DNA of 64,000 nucleotides from an uncultured Alphaproteobacteria bacterium (GTDB lineage Bacteria; Pseudomonadota; Alphaproteobacteria; RF32; CAG-239): NCBI GenBank assembly GCA_944391685.1, contig CALXUM010000011.1, positions 4,919 to 68,918 of the forward strand, read 5' to 3'. Shown piece by piece: positions 61,586 to 64,000 of this stretch (position 1 is its first letter; each line of letters starts with the position of its first letter). The notes under the pieces were generated by a model. It saw only the letters and a program-made list of their open reading frames with translations, ran no database searches and was not told where the DNA came from. The position numbers and the translations under genes were made by a program.

Positions 61586-62540
61586 AGTATTTCTTATCAT
61601 TAGCTAAAACGCCAATTTTTTTCTCGGCATTCCAAAAACCTTTGAAGGTTTTTTTATTTCCAGGAAGCATCAAATCATGAAATTCTCCGTCAGGTAGTTG
61701 CCTAAGCCATTCCATCAACGTTTCTTGAGACCAATTTAAAGGCAAATTGTTAAGGAACAATAGCCCTTGATGAAAAGAAGATGTGGGTACGTTTCTGTTT
61801 CTTCCAACCACCTCCCAGCCAGTTACGCTTTCTATCAAGAAATAGAAATCTCGTATGTATGTGTGTACGTTTGCAATCTCAAGAATAGAATAACATCCTG
61901 GACCGATTGTAGATGTAAAATCATAGGGATCAGAGTCATTAAACACTTTGTATCCCCATAGACCTCGCCCGTCAAATTCGTCAACTTCATAAAAAAAGTA
62001 TCCATGATACCCAAATTCAGCATCAGCATAAGGACCAAAGCAGCTAAAATTCGGAAATAAACCAAATCTATCCTTTTTTGCTTCGAACTGAAATGCCATA
62101 AAAATACCATTTTCAGTTTTCATTTTAATTTGAGCGTCATAATGTGGATTGCCGTTAGGTATAAAATTTTCAAAGTCGGTAAAATAAGGCAGTTCATCAA
62201 GCGGTTCACAATCCAGAGAAAAAGCTCTCCATAAACCATCTTTCAGAACGGCAAAACCTCCCATATTTCCCAAAACTTTTACAGCCTCCCATTTGGGAGC
62301 AATCCTAACCTTATGAGGACTTGGCGGATCAGCTTCCTTAGTTTTATCTTTTGGTGGTTTAGGATACTTCTTAACCGCACCTTCCACCCCCCAAAGTTGT
62401 TTATTGCCGAAAGTTTTTAACACAAAGTAAAACTGATATTCTTCAGGAACAAACTGCTGTCCGGGAATCAGAATTTTTTCGGTCTTACCGCAAGCACTCA
62501 GCAATAAAGCTGCAAGAGCTAAAAACAATAATCTTTTCAT
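61584..62540 (-). CDS. WG-repeat lipoprotein, paralogue 3
   Basis: The lipobox is in MKRLLFLALAALLLSAC. Repeat units are KQLWGVEG, DGLWRAFS, RGLWGYKVF and TGWEVVG. Confidence 0.55.
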   Translation of the reverse strand: MKRLLFLALAALLLSACGKTEKILIPGQQFVPEEYQFYFVLKTFGNKQLWGVEGAVKKYPKPPKDKTKEADPPSPHKVRIAPKWEAVKVLGNMGGFAVLKDGLWRAFSLDCEPLDELPYFTDFENFIPNGNPHYDAQIKMKTENGIFMAFQFEAKKDRFGLFPNFSCFGPYADAEFGYHGYFFYEVDEFDGRGLWGYKVFNDSDPYDFTSTIGPGCYSILEIANVHTYIRDFYFLIESVTGWEVVGRNRNVPTSSFHQGLLFLNNLPLNWSQETLMEWLRQLPDGEFHDLMLPGNKKTFKGFWNAEKKIGVLANDKKY

Positions 62541-62770
62541 AACAAAAAATTTTAAGGTGACATAATTATATTTTTTCTAATTTTGAAAGTTAGCCTAAAA
62601 ACAATAAATTTTCAAGATATAAAAATAAAATATTGCAAATTTTGTCTAAACAATATAATCTTGTTCCAATCAATTGAAATTATTATGTAACCTAATTTTT
62701 TTGTTATGAAAAAAGTATTATTTTTTGCAATTTTTGCTCTTGTATTGAGCGGATGCACCAAAACCGAAAG
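62505..62770. repeat. copy 2 of the direct repeat of about 270 bp
   Basis: See 60528-60797. The offset between the copies is about 1977 bp. Confidence 0.85.
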
Positions 62771-63629
62771 AATTCAAGCTCCTGAAACGATTGAAGATTA
62801 TGTAGGCTTTTTTATTAAAGAAACCAAAAAATGCCAAACCAAATGGGGAGCTGAAATTTTTGAGAGTTCAGACTTATCTGAAGATGCCTGCAAAGGACGA
62901 ATTCCTGTGGAATATGACAGTATTATTGTCGGTATAGGGAAAAAATACATGGCCAAAAAAGAAGGAGCATGGCAGCTTTTCAACAACATGAACGGCGAAT
63001 TAATGCTCAATGGCTTATCTTTTTACTCTGCAGAACCGCAATGGAATTCATTTAAAGTTGTGAATATGGACATAAATGCAGCTGGAGGCTCACAGCCGTT
63101 TATCGAAGGAGTGCACTTCCGTCTTAAAACACAAGATGGTTATTATGCAGCGTTCATAAGGAACAATTTAAGTAGCTGGTGTCTTTGTGGACCATATGAA
63201 GATTATTGGCCAGCAATTACCGGATTCTTTATCATAAAGGGAGGTAAAGTTGGATTCGAGGACTTTGCAGTATCACGTTATATTAAACTCTCAAAAGGTG
63301 GACGCTCTTTCGATGCTCAATACGACGCTCTTATAGAGGTAGTTGGACAAGAGAGAAATGTGCGGCGAGAAGGTTTTCTGGCTCTCAAAGATGGAAAATG
63401 GATATCCTTAAGTGAATATGGAAATCCAGGTAAGTGGAGTGAAGCTTATATTAAAAAGCTTTTAGCGGTTCCGGTCACAAATTCTGACAAATTTGATGAT
63501 ATGGTCATCTATCTTGGTAACCGCTACAATATATATTATACCAAATTTATGTATCCGAACGGAAAGTGTGGTAGAATTTATATCAATGCCCTTGCCGGAG
63601 AGAGAGGAAAAGAACCCAAAATGAAATAA
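62706..63629 (+). CDS. WG-repeat lipoprotein, paralogue 4
   Basis: The lipobox is in MKKVLFFAIFALVLSGC. Repeat units are TKWGAEIF...IPVEYDSI, EGAWQLFN, GGKVGFEDF...FDAQYDALIE and DGKWISLS. Confidence 0.55.
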   Translation: MKKVLFFAIFALVLSGCTKTERIQAPETIEDYVGFFIKETKKCQTKWGAEIFESSDLSEDACKGRIPVEYDSIIVGIGKKYMAKKEGAWQLFNNMNGELMLNGLSFYSAEPQWNSFKVVNMDINAAGGSQPFIEGVHFRLKTQDGYYAAFIRNNLSSWCLCGPYEDYWPAITGFFIIKGGKVGFEDFAVSRYIKLSKGGRSFDAQYDALIEVVGQERNVRREGFLALKDGKWISLSEYGNPGKWSEAYIKKLLAVPVTNSDKFDDMVIYLGNRYNIYYTKFMYPNGKCGRIYINALAGERGKEPKMK

Positions 63630-63631
63630 AT

Positions 63632-63655
63632 AAAGCATCGTGAAAACGATGCTTT
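63632..63655. terminator. terminator hairpin between convergent genes
   Basis: The stem pairs aaagcatcgt with acgatgcttt (10 bp) around a GAAA loop and is followed by attttcg. It overlaps the stop of the minus-strand 60-aa ORF. Confidence 0.55.
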
Positions 63656-63836
63656 ATTTTCGTTGATCTTTAAAAGGATTTCCCAATATAATAAAAGCCG
63701 CAATCAAGGAGCCAATAACAAATAATAAGCCGATTACAATGGCATAACTGCTGCCAAACCATTGTAAAATGTTAAAATAATACAATAACCATATTACAAT
63801 TAAAAAACCGGTTCCTATAAACCAAGATTTAAGCAT
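63654..63836 (-). CDS. small two-TM membrane protein (60 aa)
   Basis: Two hydrophobic helices are present (WFIGTGFLIVIWLLYYF and AIVIGLLFVIGSLIAAFIIL). Its ATG overlaps the stop of an upstream small ORF in TAATG. Confidence 0.35.
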   Translation of the reverse strand: MLKSWFIGTGFLIVIWLLYYFNILQWFGSSYAIVIGLLFVIGSLIAAFIILGNPFKDQRK

Positions 63837-64000
63837 TAAAATTTTCCCTTTTTTAAAAAGCTGACAACGGCATTAATAATCCTCTCATCTTTAAAAAGAT
63901 TAAATTTTAAGGTTTCAATTTCTTTAACATCTTTTGCTTTTTCAAAACTTTTTTCTTCATCAGGAGAAAGGATTGGCATTTTTTTATCAAATATTTTTTC
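63836..64000 (-). CDS. small ORF of unknown function, possibly 5'-truncated by the right window edge
   Basis: Hand translation gives ...EKIFDKKMPILSPDEEKSFEKAKDVKEIETLKFNLFKDERIINAVVSFLKKGKF, with a stop at 63836-63838. The frame is open to the window end. It is not in the ORF track. Confidence 0.25.
   Translation of the reverse strand, partial: EKIFDKKMPILSPDEEKSFEKAKDVKEIETLKFNLFKDERIINAVVSFLKKGKF

Overview
This is a visibly AT-rich bacterial window that is almost entirely coding. I found no rRNA, tRNA, CRISPR array, IS element, integrase or relaxase. The layout has six parts.

1. **1-2407 (minus):** a translationally coupled vWA, PP2C and Ser/Thr-kinase triad of the TerY-P type. The kinase ORF runs off the left edge and is missing from the ORF track.
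2. **3171-14980 (minus):** an IncI1/R64-style type IVb pilus cluster. It holds an OmpA-like protein, a TcpQ-domain PilL-like lipoprotein, a lipoprotein secretin, PilO-like and PilP-like proteins, a GspE-type ATPase, a GspF-type platform, a leaderless pilin paralogue, a prepilin and a PilT-like ATPase.
3. **15319-44129 (plus, divergent from the pilus cluster):** a VirB-type type IV secretion system (T4SS) whose architecture recalls the Rickettsiales vir homologue. In order it has three VirB2-module genes, virB3, virB4, six consecutive secreted coiled-coil proteins (the first VirB5-like), virB8-virB7-virB8, virB9, a 1135-aa repeat protein, a 1521-aa virB10 and virB11.
4. **44070-50501 (minus):** two HTH regulators, a short secretin-like lipoprotein and unknown proteins.
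5. **50643-59584 (minus):** four tandem VirB6-like paralogues.
6. **59712-63629:** four WG-repeat lipoprotein paralogues arranged as two head-to-head pairs.

The most unusual observations are these:
- A 17-residue 'DG-x-V-x-D-x-x-G-x-I-I-G' repeat occurs more than 100 times across the stand-alone protein and the VirB10 N-terminus. It recurs in the giant VirB2-module protein and in a VirB6 tail.
- A 1390-aa coiled-coil protein carries an embedded VirB2 pilin hairpin.
- Peptidoglycan modules are fused to core T4SS subunits (an M23 peptidase inside a VirB6 paralogue and a SPOR domain on VirB9), while no VirB1 is present in the window.
- A perfect in-frame 23-bp inverted repeat brackets the shared promoter and signal-peptide module of one divergent lipoprotein pair, making it a candidate invertible switch.

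All family assignments rest on motifs read by eye. No searches were run.
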